DNA of 64,000 bases from Rebecca billardiae RCC1528 (taxonomy: Eukaryota; Protista; Haptophyta): positions 868,001 through 932,000 of the forward strand of contig OZ251249.1 of NCBI GenBank assembly GCA_965240325.2, read 5' to 3'. Below the pieces are notes generated by a model. It did not search any database. It was given only the letters and a program-made list of their open reading frames with translations, and had not been told where the DNA came from. The position numbers were made by a program, and so were the translations under genes. The number at the start of each line of letters is the position of its first letter. Position 1 is the stretch's first letter. This document shows positions 37,101 through 49,822 of the stretch, in pieces.

Positions 37101-40100
37101 CGCCAGCCCTAAAAATCGCCCCCCGTCCCTTTTTTCTTGATCAAAGATCTTTTTGAAACGTGGTTCGGGCCCGCTGGTGCGGGCTCCACGCTGCGCGCTC
37201 CGCCCTGCACCGCGGGCCATAACTGATATCGTCGAGTGTCTAGCTAGAAGCGACGGCCAAGAATCCGGTCTCACGCAAGTGGCATAATAATGGCATTCCT
37301 GTATGTTGCTGTCCCGCGCGCACCGCCGCGCGCAGGAGTCCTGGTCCATAGGGGGTCCATGACAGCAGCCCACTGAATTGTGATTTTCGACAACCATGCG
37401 ATTTAGGTGTCTGACGAGCGTGGTGCTTGCGGAGGCACCCACAAATATGTCCTGGAACCCAGCCCAGCCGTCAGAAGCACCCAAACCCGACTCCGCGCGT
37501 CGTCGCGCGGTCGTGCGCGCACGCCAGCTGCGCCACTGTGTCACATACAGATTCAGCCAAACGTCAACGACTTGTTATGGCGGCTAAATGACGGTATGTC
37601 GTCGGACTTACTTATTCATAACCGTTGCAACCCGCCCCAACAAAATTAAGGTGGACTTGCTAAATTTTAGTAGGCACGATGAGTGCGCGTAGAGGTCGGT
37701 GAAAAACTACTCCAAGATCGAGCATGTTACCCACTTAATTAGAGACATGTACCCATATATATATGCACTTACCCACCCGTTTATTATACAATGCGGGTGG
37801 CGGGTTTTAAATATATATTCAGGGTGGTGTCAATATGGGGGTACCTTGTTCACTATTCGTGCTGGGTCATCCGAATAGGCCGCGCCGCCGCGCGGAGTGA
37901 CGGCGGGCTCATGCCCGACCGTCAAACCGTCCCGCAGCAGGCCCGGACGGACCTGATGCGGGCGGCGGGCTGCGTGCCGAAGCACACTACCAAGCGCACC
38001 TCTGAGCATGCCACCATCCCCATAGTCGTGAAGGAGTCCTCCGCCATCGACGCTTGCGTGCGCAGACTAGCAGTCATCGCCGCCGCCGAGCTTGCCGCGG
38101 CCGTTCGGCGACTTCCGTGCCCGTGCTCTGTGTCACCGGCGTCGTCGCCGTTCGTCGTACCCCAGCCCACGCGAGGCCGTCACCGGTCCACCGGTACTGC
38201 GGCGGACTGCGCGCGCTTCGCCGCGCGCTCGCCCTCGAGCTCCGCCGCTCTCCTCTCGCGCTCGAACTGGACGCAGTCGGCAGCCATGGCAGCCCGCTCG
38301 GCCGCAGCGCGATCTGTGCCCCCCCGCGCGCTGCGCTCGGTTGCGTCGGCGCGCAAGCTGGCGCGCGCAGCGTCGGCGACGGCGCGCGCGGTCGCCTTGC
38401 GCGACGAGTCCAGCTCCACCTGCTGCTCCGTCAGGCGCACCTGCTGCTCCAAGATGACCGCGTGCTCAGCAGGAGTCACGCGCTGCTCGTGCAGCGGCAC
38501 CTGCACGCGGCCTGCTGCGGACGCGCGCGGCGCGCCGGCGTCGGGGGGCGAGTAGAGGTCGCGGAAGGGGCAGCTGTCGTCGCCGGCGCCCAGCGACGTG
38601 TCGTCGGCATCCAGCTCCGCCTTCCTCTCCGCCGCCGACGCGCCCTGCTTCCGGCTCAGGATGCGCTCCATGTCCTTGAACATTCTTGCCCTTCCACCAC
38701 CTGTGCACGGTCATCAGCCAGATGCCGATCACCTCCAGCAGCGGCGAGTCGTGGCGCGCCGAGATGCCGAGCGCATCCGCGCAGACGAGCGCGAGCGCAT
38801 TGGGCTTCTTCGTCCCACCGTCGCGCGCGGTCTGGGCGCACGCCGGGGTGAACACTCTGACCAACGGCTTGTGCTTCTTCAAGTTCTCGAGCATGAGGTC
38901 CATGAGCGTGCGGAGGAGGTCGAGGAGCATGAAGTTGAGCACCGATGCGTACCGCGGGCGAACGACGGCCACGGGCCGACCGGCCAAGGGCTGCAGCACG
39001 TGGATGGCGCGCGCCGCCACCGCCGTCTCCTCGAGCTGCTGCGCGCTGACGTTGACGTCAGGCCGTAGCTCGGGCCTGCACGGTTGCACACAGCCGAGGC
39101 CGTCCGCGGAGGAGGCGAGCCCCTCGGCGGTGCCGGCGGGGACCTCGGGCGGGTCGCACACATCCATGGTCACGCGTGCATCATCATCTGCCGCGCCCTG
39201 GACCTCGTCATGCCCGGCACAGCGGTCCGCAAGTTGGTCGGCGGTAGCTGGCCCTTGCGGCAGAGGCGTCGCGGGCACGTCCGAGGGCGAGAAGGCAGCG
39301 TCGGGTGGGGAAGGAGACAGCGTCGAGTCGTTGCCGATGCCTATCCAACCGCGTTGCGCATGTTCGTCTCCGCGTTGCTCGCCTGTACGTGCTCCTAGGA
39401 CGCGCTCCTTGGTCGCGGGCAGCACACGTTGAGCACGCAGATTCAAATCATGAAGCACGAGCGTCGACCGGCCAGCGACTCTCAGCGAGAGCCCGGTCCA
39501 CACGAAGCATGGCTACCTGTCCGCAGCCGCCCAGCCGCTCGGCGAGGCGCCTGCGCCGAGGTGGGCGCGCCCAACGGCGAGCGGACGGCCGTCGACGATC
39601 GGGCCATCAGCCTCGCCGACCCCGTTCAGAGCTCCGCTCCCGCGCCGGGGCCAGCCGAGCGCGGATTTGGAATCTGCCGATCGCGAAAACACGCCGAACA
39701 ATAAGTAAAAGTTCTGAAAAGGAAAAGAATATAAATCAAAAATCAATTTAATCTGATGGACCCCCTATCCTGGTGCGCTGCCAATCCGGCCCAGCCACAG
39801 CGGCGCACCCGCAGGACTCATCGGTAGTCATCGGTTTTTATGACTTATTATTACCGCTCATCGGAATTCGCGGATCGATCGATCTGAGGCCTCACTCTCG
39901 GGGGCGCCCGAGGGGGTTCGGCGGCAGACGACGAAGGCGCCGAGCTGAGCAGGGGGATCGCCTGCCGATGCCACTTATTACGTTATAGATATTTGCTCCG
40001 CCCCTGATGGGTTATTGGGTAGAGGGGTCAGAGCCCTATTCAGTGGGGGTGCGTGGCCCAAAATCCAACTTTCTGTCGTCTTGAGATGAGGCTCTCAAAC

Positions 40101-42300
40101 TTCGGCCGGCGGGATGTCAATATTCGCCTAGCCGCGGAATAATGAGGCTGGGGTCACGCCAGCTGACAAGTTTTGCGAATATAAAAAATGTCACATACTG
40201 GAGATATACGACCTCAATCTCGACGCGCGATCTCGGCAACATTAGTAGCTGGGAGATTCACGATCTCCAACGGTTGATCTCGCTATTTATGCACCAGAAG
40301 TCGCACCGTGCCACCGTCTAGATCATCACACATTTTGGCACGGTCTGAAATTGGCACAGGCGGATTTACTACACCCTGGAATTAAGCCTAAACGAACTTA
40401 AACGGACTCAAACAGTTACAAACCGAAGAGATCGATGATTTCGACGAGATTATTTCGGGATAAGATCGATTTTTGCGTCACTCGGGACGATCGACGAGCG
40501 CAAGTAACCGGGTCGGAGCTAGTGAGCCAATAAATAGTGGTGACCCCGCACGGGGCCGGGGGCACGCGCGGCCACTACTGTGTGTGTCTACTCCTGATCG
40601 GATGATTTAATCAGGCGACGGGCACATTAATAAATGAGCAGTATATACGTATATATATATATATATATGATGATGATGGCGTTATAGTCGATCGATATTC
40701 TGCTGGGCCGACGAGAGACAAAATCATCATCTGCTATCTTCTGAGTGCGCCGCCAGAATCATACGACTATCGCGATCGCCGGCCTGCAGTTGGGAGGGAC
40801 GACCCACCGCCTAATATCAGGCGCGCGCGCGCTCGCACCGCGGCCGCAGCCCGGCGCAGGCCGATCGGACCGCGCCGCCCTCGGACCGACGGGCCTGACC
40901 GCCACCGAGTCGTGACACCGCCCGTCCGGCGCCGCAGCCCGGCGCTGCGTTTTTTGTCGGGCCTGGGCCGCAACCCGCGAACAATTCACGCTTTTTTTCG
41001 CGATGCCCGCGGTTCTGCCTTCCCATTGGTCGGTCGATGGATCATCTCAACTTCTCCCGGGACAAAGTGAGACATATTATCTCAATAGCATCTTTATGAA
41101 TCTTTGGAATCAAAGTTGAAAGAGCCAATCGTCATCCCGAAAGGCACGATGATGCCGATTCGGCCTAGCTGCAATCTTGTTAGCATCTCGGCCACTGTTC
41201 GCTGGATTTGTGCGGGTTTCTCAGCGGTCGAAGGGGTCTCAAGCAAAGTTGAAGGCTTGCGGGAGCGGAAAACTAGGAGACCGCGGCGAAGTGGCGACAG
41301 CTTGCGAAGGGCGTCCACGATGGGCCATACGGCTTACTGTGCAAGGCAACTCGTGCGGGATCGGGCGCGTACGGCGACGTTTGCATGGTCGTCAATGCGC
41401 AGGGTGGGCGGCCTGCGGTGAAACTCACACGACGCCCGACCGCTGGCAACCACACCGCCGTCAGGCCGAGCTTGGCCGCACCCCGCGTGCGGCGTGGACC
41501 GGCCGCCGAGTGGCTTGCGGCCCGCTCAGCACGTACGTCGTCTCACGCATCGGGCCGAAGCAGAAGCGGCGGTACATGAAGCTGGCAGACTCGGTCATGG
41601 AGTGCTTGTCGGTGCCGTCGAACGTCCACCCACCGACGTCCGTGCCGATGCCAAACTCCTTCTGCTGGCATCCGAGGCACTCGATGATCACGCCCTTCGC
41701 CTTCGGCTTGTGGAGGCGTCCACGGCGTACCCGTATTGATTGGGACAGGCGATGCGCGAGGACAGCTGAGGGCAAGCCAGCCCGCGCGGTCCGAGCGTGC
41801 GCAGCGCGCGCCGCTGGGCTTGCGTGGCGGCAACAGGCTCCGTTGTGCGGCAGACGGTCGAGTCCGGGGCACACACGTGCTGACGCAGTCGCCTACGCAA
41901 CTGGCTTCGGCTGCCGTGCCTTCGCGGTCGTGCACCAAGCCTGCGTCGCCGCGCGCCGACGCGCCGCCGGCGCGGCGGAGTGCGGGACGCGGTGCCGCCG
42001 CCAGTCAGTCGTCCGGCTGACGAGTCCGCGTCGTTCAGTCACACACGGACGACGGCTGCCGCGTAATGACCGGGCTGGCCCGCGGCCGCCCACCCAGCCA
42101 GTCCCAGGGTGTCCGGAGTCGTGACCGTTGGCAACGGTCACGACAGTGCTCAGGCCTCCTCCGAGAAGTTCGGCGCGTCGGGCTCGATCGTCATGCCGGC
42201 TGTCATGCCGCGCGCGCTAAATATTATCGTCGTCGATCGATTAATAATCTAAACGGGCGCCGTCGCCATTGCAAACTTATTCAAAACTTAAACTACGTCC
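34171..42300. mobile_element. Gene-poor island of nested or adjacent TE relics and captured gene fragments
   Basis: Lower GC than genes, no intact spliced gene, TA runs at 34155, 37755 and 40643, AT-rich terminus-like blocks, and frameshifted coding-like fragments (38180-38930 minus; 41520-41710 minus). Confidence 0.45.
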
Positions 42301-43289
42301 GTACCGTCGGCTAGTACCGCTCAGATACTGCTCCAGCAGTCAGACTGTCAGTCCGACGGTCACTCCGGGACCGCCGGACTCAGACTCAGTGCGTGACTTG
42401 TACTCTCCGGACCGGCACGGATGACCGCACGGTCCGACAGACGAGTCGGATCGACGGAGACAGGAGAGCCAGACTGAGACACGCGTCAGTTCGATAACGT
42501 GAGACAGTCATAGCACCGTACTCCGTAGTAGCCGACGAGGGCTCGGACAGTCGGACTCGACGTGTCAGTCCGTCAGACCGTCCGCCGTACGCGTCAGTGA
42601 CGAGACAGCGGCGCCAGTCGGTCGCCCGAGTCGACTGTCGAGTGCGGCACTCCGGGGCGGGAGCCGGAGCCGCTGTCCGAGTGGCACGCGGGTCCGAGCA
42701 GTTACACCGTGACGCCCGGCCTAAGTCGGTCCGCGCAAGACAGAAGTCGTGAGAAGACGCCGGCGGATCTGATCTGACTTACTGAGACTGAGCAGATGGC
42801 ATCATATTCATATATAGCAGCATGCTGATCATATAAGTATATAGATAGCATCAGCCGTACGACCGCAGCAGTAAGGCTGATGTAGGCCGCCTGCGCGGCC
42901 CTGAGCGGGAGCCTGATGCCAGCTGACTCCTGTCTGAGGCGCGCCCGGCGCTGCCGCGCCCGGCACCCGGCTCCGGCGCGGCCGGTGCAGGTCAGCCGTC
43001 ACTCGTCAGGGTGTCAGCGGTCAGGACCGCGTCCGGCGTCCAAAATCTACGAGTCTGTCCGCGGTCTCGGCGCCCGGGTCCGGACCTTGAAGTCACTCAG
43101 CTGCGTCCGATGCCGCCATCCACAGAGGTATACAAAGTCCGTCTCCACGATCGTCAGAGTCACGCCGCCTCCTGACTAAGGCCGCCGGGCGCGCGCGCGT
43201 CGCGCCCCGGCCGTGAGGTGATCGTGAAGAACTGCGCGCGCGTACGGCGCGCGCGCGTGCCGCGAGGGCTGAATTGGAATGGAACCCTG

Positions 43290-43975
43290 CCGTGCCAGGA
43301 TATGCCCATCGCCCTCTGTCCTCGGGCGTCGCCCGTCCCAATGAATACTGGTACGCAGTGGACACCTCCACCTGCAGGCGTACAAGCGAACGGCGGCGGG
43401 CGACGAGGGGCACTGTGATGTGCGTGCTGCATCCAGGCAGCGCGCCGGACGCGTACCTGAGCTTCCTGAGAAGCTGGGCCTTGCATCGGGCTGTGCTGTT
43501 CTCGGCGGACGCGCGTCGTGTGAGCTTCACCATAGCCAGCCCACCCTGGGTGTCGACGACCTTGTAAACATCGCCATGCGTGCTCGTCATCGTACCGCAT
43601 AACGGTTCAGCCTCTCCGTAAGCCGCAGATGGGACATCCATCTGCTCGACTCCTCGCTGGGGAGCCTCGGGTCGCGCGCCGAATTCACCGACTTGCGCGA
43701 CCTCAGCAGCCGGCCGAGCGGCGCCCAGCCGCGCATGCTTGCCCCCTCAGCACGGCGCGGCGCGGCGTGCACTCGGGCCAACGGGTGCCGCACGACATTT
43801 AGATAAAGAGCTTCTGCTCCTGCACTCGCAGGTTCCATAGCACGAGCGCGCCCAAGGCGAAGAGGAAGGCGTCGACGGGTGCGGGCAGCGCGTGTTCGTC
43901 GTGCTCCCCCGAGGAGCGCGCCGAGGGCAACGCCACGTGCGCGGCGCCGGCGACGCCGGGCAGCGTGCTCATGGT
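43290..43975 (-). pseudogene. Disrupted ORF with weak RMD1/DUF155-like similarity
   Basis: DAFLFALGALVLWNLRVQEQKLFI resembles the DUF155 N-terminal FxFxxGxxVxWN motif. It is followed by a stop and frame changes. Confidence 0.3.
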
Positions 43976-44709
43976 GTCGTTGAGGAATTCCGAGATTCCT
44001 CTCCCAGACGCGGCGGCGGCGGTGAGGCCGCGCCGCCCTGCTTGGAAGGAGCTCCGACTCCCAAGAGGGCCTTCGGCTGCAAAGCTGATTCTCTTCCGAT
44101 CTCCTAGCCGATCTTCGTTTAGTCTATTGGTCCGACGAAGCACAGAAAATGTTTTTTTGGGGGCCTCGGCGTGCCGATCTCGCACGTTAGTTTGGCAAGC
44201 GGTACAGAAACGCTGCGCTCCGGGACAGGCCCGGACACTCGGGCGCGACGACAGCAGGGGCGCGAGTCGCCCCTTCGCCATCTTAGTCGAGATCCTACTG
44301 CCTGAGACTGGCTGCTGGCGCCTCCGCCGGGCGGCGCAGTCCACTGTGCGCGCCACTGCGGGTGCGATGCTGTCTAAGTGACTGAGCGTCAGGCCTCAGG
44401 GGCCGGGGCGCGAGGAGCGCTGCCGCCGCCCGGGGTGGTGGCACCGCCCAGCGCGGGGCCATCCCTGCCGGAGGGGCTGCCCCCTGAGGCGCCCTTGCGG
44501 CTGGCTACGTTTGTTCGTGCCGGTGGACTCGGGTGCTCTGAGCTCGCTCCGGTCCACCGCTGCTGACTCGAGGGTGCGCCGGGGCGGGCGCGCGCGCAGT
44601 GGCGGCCTCGCCCGCGCCGCCTTCCTCGGCGGCGCCCCCGCGCGGCAGTGCCCGCCCGCCTCCGCTGCCGGAGCGCGCAGCGCGCGGCGCCGCGCCGGGT
44701 GCGCCCCGC

Positions 44710-46637
44710 TCAGTAGCGCACGTCCTCCTCCACCGGCGCGGCGAACGGGTCGGCCGCGTCCTCCCCCTCGGCGCGCGGCAGCGGGTTGCCCTCCTCGTCC
44801 AGCGCGCCGCCCTCCGCGGTGCTGTTGGCCGGCTCGGGCGCGGCGATGGACGGGAAGTAGTAGGTGAGGTCGTCGTGCTTCGCGACGAAGTCGGGCACGT
44901 TCTCGCCGTCGAAGAAGCCCATGTTCCTGCGGGGGCGCCCGCACCGCCGTGGCGGACGCCGAGTCGGGCGGCGGCGCGGGGCGGCGGCGCGGGGCGGCTG
45001 AGCGCGCGCGCGCGCGCAGCGCGCGCGCGCGGCCCTCCGCCGCGCGCGCGCACCAGCAGGCGATCACGCCCACGACGCCGAGGAACGCGATGTTCACCAG
45101 CCCGAACTGGAACGCCGGCTCCTCGTCGCCCGCGCGCCGCTTCTTGCCGCCGCCGCCCGCCGACTCGCCCTCGGCGGCCGCGCCGCCGCCGTCCGCGTCG
45201 GCCGCGCCGTCGTTCTTCTTCTTGCGGATGCGGCGCAGCTCGTCGTCGTCGGAGTCGTACTCGTCGGCGACGACGACGGGCTCCGCCTGCGGGGGCGCGT
45301 GCGCGCGCGCGCGCGCTCGGCGGAGCACGCGTGAGCCGCGCCGGCCCGCGGCCGCGCGCGCGCGCGGCCGCCGGTCGCCGGTCGCGAGCGCGCGCCGCGC
45401 CGCTGTGTCGCGCGGTGCACCTTGCCCATGATTGGCACAAAGCTGCCGGCAAAGGTTTGGTTGTCGTCGAAGAGGTTGGGGAAGAGCCAGATGCCGCGGA
45501 AGCCGATGACGAACATCGCGCAGAAGAGGAGCAGCCGCACGATGCACAGCGCCTGCGCCGAGCGGCAGCAGCGCGGCGCGCGGCGCGCGGCGCGCGGCAG
45601 TCGGCGCGTGAGCGCGCGCGCGCGAGCGCGGCGCGCCGGCGGCGCGCGCGCGCGGCACGGCACGGCACGGCTGCCCGCCGGCGGCGCGCGCGCGTGCGCA
45701 CCGAGAAGGTGGTGAGGAACGTGACGGAGCACCACCACAGCCCGATCTTCATCCACAGCGGCCAGATCTGCACCATGCACAGCAGCAGCGCGCCTGCGAG
45801 CGTCAGCCCGCACAGCAGGTAGAGACGCGTCTTCGATCCCTCGTGCATCCAAGTGTAAAGGCCGTCCTGAGGCGCGCGGAGGGGGGGGCGGAGGGGGGGT
45901 GGGCGGGGGCGAGGCGGGCGCGCTGCAGACCGACGGCGCGCGCGCGGCCACGCGCGCAGTCTCGCGCGGCCGCGCCGCCGTGTGCGGCGGCCGCAGCGGG
46001 CGCCCCCCGCGCGCGCGCACACACGCACACACGCACACACACACGCACACACGCACACACGCACACACACACGCACACACGCACACACGCACGCACACAC
46101 GCGCGCGCGCACACACACCTCCTCGAAGGGGCCCTGGTGCATCTCGAGCTCCCAGCGCCGCGTGCTGATGAAGACGCGCTGACTCCGGTGGAAGAACTGC
46201 GCGCCCATCAGCCGGTTCGCCAGCGCCACCGCGCCGTCGCGGTTCTTCACGGCGGGGAAGCCGCGGTTGGCCTGCTTGTACTTGTCTGAGAGGAGCGCGT
46301 CCACGAGCTTGGTGCCCTTGAAGTACTCGACGCGCTGCCGGGGGGTGCGCGCGCGGGGAGGGGGGGCAAGGGGTCGGCTGCGCGCTGGCGTGCGCACGCC
46401 GCCGCGCGCGCGTGCCACACGCCGGGCGCACGCGCGCGCGCCGGGCGCACGAGCGCGTCGCGCGCCGCGCGCGACGCGCACCCGTTCGTACTGGACGGCC
46501 TCGCGCGTGGTGACGCCGGATTTCTTGGGCTCGCGCAGCCAGTTTGCCAGGCGGAGGAGCGTGTCGTCCGCCGACTTGGGCGGGGGCGCCTTCTTCAGCG
46601 AGCCCCCGCTCTTCTGCCGTGCCGCGGCCGTGCTCAT
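44710..46637 (-). CDS. SEC62: Translocon subunit SEC62, 6 exons: 46637-46482, 46334-46119, 45866-45702, 45552-45421, 45286-45054, 44926-44710
   Basis: Motifs RVEYFKG..LVDALL, FFHRS, YTWMHEG, QIWPLWMKIGLWWCS, IVRLLLF and IWLFPNLFDD..F..SFVP. All joins are GT-AG and in frame. Confidence 0.9.
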
Positions 46638-48742
46638 GATGCCTGCCGGATGGTGCGTGCAGTGCAGTGGCCGCGTGGAAGGGCCTTCCGAGCCCACTGA
46701 TGGAGCGCCTGATTGCTTCGTCGGCCGTCATGATATTGACTCGAGCATGCCCAATAGGTGTGGCGCGTACCCGCCAATTTGGCGCTGGGCATCTGGACGC
46801 ACCGGGGAATTTCAGACTCGTCGCCGAATCTGGGTCGCGGTCCGGGCGCGGGATGGAGCCTCGCGGCGCTCGACTGCACGCGCGAGTGCCGCCGCGTGGG
46901 AGGGCATCCCCGCGTCCGAGCGCGTGAACCGGACTGGCGCCCTGTTGAGCACCTGAGCTGGACCGCCTCGCTTCCAGCTCGGCTCACGGCAGACAGCGAG
47001 AACGGTCCGATATTGACGGCGCCCGCTGTGACTCGGCGAAAGCGGTCGGCACCCGGTCGGTGCGGGTGGGCCGCGTGGGCACGAGGCGGGACAGCGCATG
47101 TGTACGCTACGCACGTGCCCACACGCGTCGAAGCCAGCTGCCAGCGAAAGCTGACGACACCCCCGGTGGATCGGATGGATTGGCTGGCGGAGCACTGGTA
47201 CGGAGTCGGCCGGGCGCGGTCGGACGCCGTCTCACGAGTCACTGACTGGGCTGACTGGACTGTGAGGCCGTTCGGCGGCGGCGGCGGCAGCGCTGCCTAC
47301 TGCTGCAATGCCGTTGCAGTTACGTTGGCAATGCTGCCCAATGAGTGCGGCTGACTCCCCCTGTGCAGGCGGCGGCTGGCAGACTAGCCTGATCGGATCA
47401 TCAGACACTGTACAGGGCGGAACGTCACATTCTGACTGAGCTGCACGCCACTGCTCGCCCTGCCCCTCTGGGCTGATCCGGGCGGCACCCCACGGCCCGT
47501 GCACGACGGTTTCGACCAGCAGCGCGTCAGCCCCAGCGCGCGTGGGCTGCTGAATTGGGCACACCGGTCACCGCAGCAGGTCCGTACGACACGGCTGCAG
47601 GCGTACACTGCCTGTACGTCGCAGCTGGCGCCAGATCCTGCCGCAGGCTTGTCGTCACTGGTCGTGGGCCGTGTGCCCACACAGATCAGGCCTGAATTGT
47701 GCTCGGCAGTGGACCTGGCCCCCCCTAGGGAGGGCTGCATACCGCCGCACCTGGGGGGAGCCGCTCTACGGGACTGCACGGCTGCTGAGTCACTCAGACA
47801 GCAGTGAGTGGCACAGCAGTGCCCTTGAATCCCGCTTACAATCCCGCGCCCCCACCTGCGCAAGGGCCCGTGTCCGGGGTCAGCTCCCCCGTGCACCGTG
47901 GGAGGCCAGCGCAGTCTCAGCACCCGCTGACACACCCTGAGGGTGGCCAGCCTGAGCCCGTGAGCGCCCTGAGCCACCCGACTTCGGAGGGGGCTGTGGA
48001 GTGGGGCTGCGGAGTGCAGCCAAGAGCTCTGCAGCCTTAATTAATAGCTGCTGCTGGTGGTGGCTGGCCTGCATGCATTTTCATCATCGTCATAAGCTGA
48101 CCACCGCCCACTGCTGCCTGCCGCACCCCTCGCTGCCGACGGCACCTGGGCTGCTGCCACGTGCGCACCGTCTGGATGGCACCACAGTGACAGCCCAGCA
48201 TGGAGAGCTGGCCAAGTACCGCAGCCCGTCAGAATGGCCAGGGATGAGCGTATTAAGTGGGCTCGGTGCTAGACCACGACATCCGTAGCCAGGCAATCAA
48301 GTGCTCACATCACATGCCCGTCCAGTGGCGCAGACAGCAGAGATACAGCAGCTATATAATTGTTGAGACCCGCCCTGCGTGGCTGTAGTGTAGTCAGTGG
48401 GCTAAGGCACATGTTCAGGCACTGCGCTATCACGCCATGAACCAAGTGTGCACGTTAACTAAACATATAGCAGTAGTAAACTGTAGGCCGTTAGGCGGCT
48501 ATCGAGAGTCTGATAGGCTGTCTGATGAGTCATGGCGCGACTCGTCAATAGCAGGCAGATTGCAGATTATAAGAATCGCTGGGAAGCGGAGCCTTTACAA
48601 TACTAATTCACGGCGGATACGACTGACGATAGCATGCATGACGATGCATATTATTTCAGCCTGGACCGGCGCCTGTTCCAAGTTGGATCGAAAGTGGTCT
48701 TCGTGGAACGGTGGCGCGGGCCGAACTCGCGCTGTGGCGACG

Positions 48743-49822
48743 ATGGCGGTGGGCACGCGAACGGCACTCCGGCTGGTCGTGCCGCTGCTCGCGGCGGCGG
48801 GCGCGGCGGGCGCGCGCGCGTCGCGCGTGGCCGCCGGGCGCGCGGCCAAGGGCGCGGCGGCGAGCAGCTCCGTGGCGAAGGGCTTTGGCGCGGCGCGCAC
48901 GAGCGCGCGCGCGGTCAAGCGGTGGGCGGACCGTCCGGCCTCGGACGACGACCCGATCGAGCGCGCGCTCGACGCGCTCGAGCAGAGCGGCGGGCTGGGC
49001 ATCGAGGCGTACCTCAACCCCGCGCTCACCGACGACCCCGCCCTCCTCGCCGACGCCGGCCGCCGGCTCCGGGCGAACGAGGTCGTCGTGCTGCGCGACG
49101 CGTTCCGGCCCGAGTTTGCCGAGGCGGTGCACCGCGAGCTGAGCGCCAAGGCGGCGCCGTGGAGCCTGAACGAGGAGTGGTTCGCGGACGGGTACGCGTA
49201 CCGCCACCACAACGTGTACTCGACGGGGCTCTGGTCCCACCGGCTGAACAAGACGTTCGCCGTCTTCGACTCTGCGGAGACGAAGGCGTGGATGGAGGCC
49301 TTCACCGCGCGCGACTGCTCCGGCCCCGCGCTCGGCTCGCCGAGCCACTACCGCGCGGGCGACCACTCGCTGCCGCACACGGACTGGACGGGGCAGCGCA
49401 CCATCGCGTACGTCTGGCACCTCTCCAAGGACTGGCGCCCCGAGTGGGGCGGCGCGCTGTACTGGGCGCAGAACGACCACGCGGTCGCCACCTACCCGGC
49501 GTCCTTCAACACGCTCGTCCTCTTCAGCGTCACGCCCACCTCCGCGCACTTCGTCACGACGGTGAGCCCGCAGGCGAAGCAGAAGCGGCTCGCGTTCAAC
49601 GGCTGGTGGCAGAGCAGCTGGGTGCCCACCGCCGCCGACGACCTCGAGGCCGTCCTGGCGGACGCGGCCGCGAAGCAGACGCTCACGCACCGGCAGCTGC
49701 TCGAGCTGGGCGACCTGCTCAAGTGGGGCAACCTGCCGGCCGAGCGGCGCGCGGCGCTCACCGAGCTGCAGCAGGGGCTCGTGCGCGAGCTCTTCCCGCG
49801 CGGCGAGGCGCAGCTCGGGTAG
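48743..49822 (+). CDS. 2OG-Fe(II) oxygenase (prolyl-hydroxylase-like), probable signal or plastid-targeting N-terminus
   Basis: HxD (PHTD), YVWHLSKDW.PEWGGAL, FNTLVLF, distal His (HFV) and R (KRLAFNGW). Hydrophobic leader followed by a KGFG motif. Confidence 0.88.
   Translation: MAVGTRTALRLVVPLLAAAGAAGARASRVAAGRAAKGAAASSSVAKGFGAARTSARAVKRWADRPASDDDPIERALDALEQSGGLGIEAYLNPALTDDPALLADAGRRLRANEVVVLRDAFRPEFAEAVHRELSAKAAPWSLNEEWFADGYAYRHHNVYSTGLWSHRLNKTFAVFDSAETKAWMEAFTARDCSGPALGSPSHYRAGDHSLPHTDWTGQRTIAYVWHLSKDWRPEWGGALYWAQNDHAVATYPASFNTLVLFSVTPTSAHFVTTVSPQAKQKRLAFNGWWQSSWVPTAADDLEAVLADAAAKQTLTHRQLLELGDLLKWGNLPAERRAALTELQQGLVRELFPRGEAQLG

Noticed and set aside
46758-47354. ORF containing THVPTRVEASCQ, similar to a release-factor motif
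   Set aside because: No GGQ and no RSQ motif, atypical codon usage, and no convincing ATG start.
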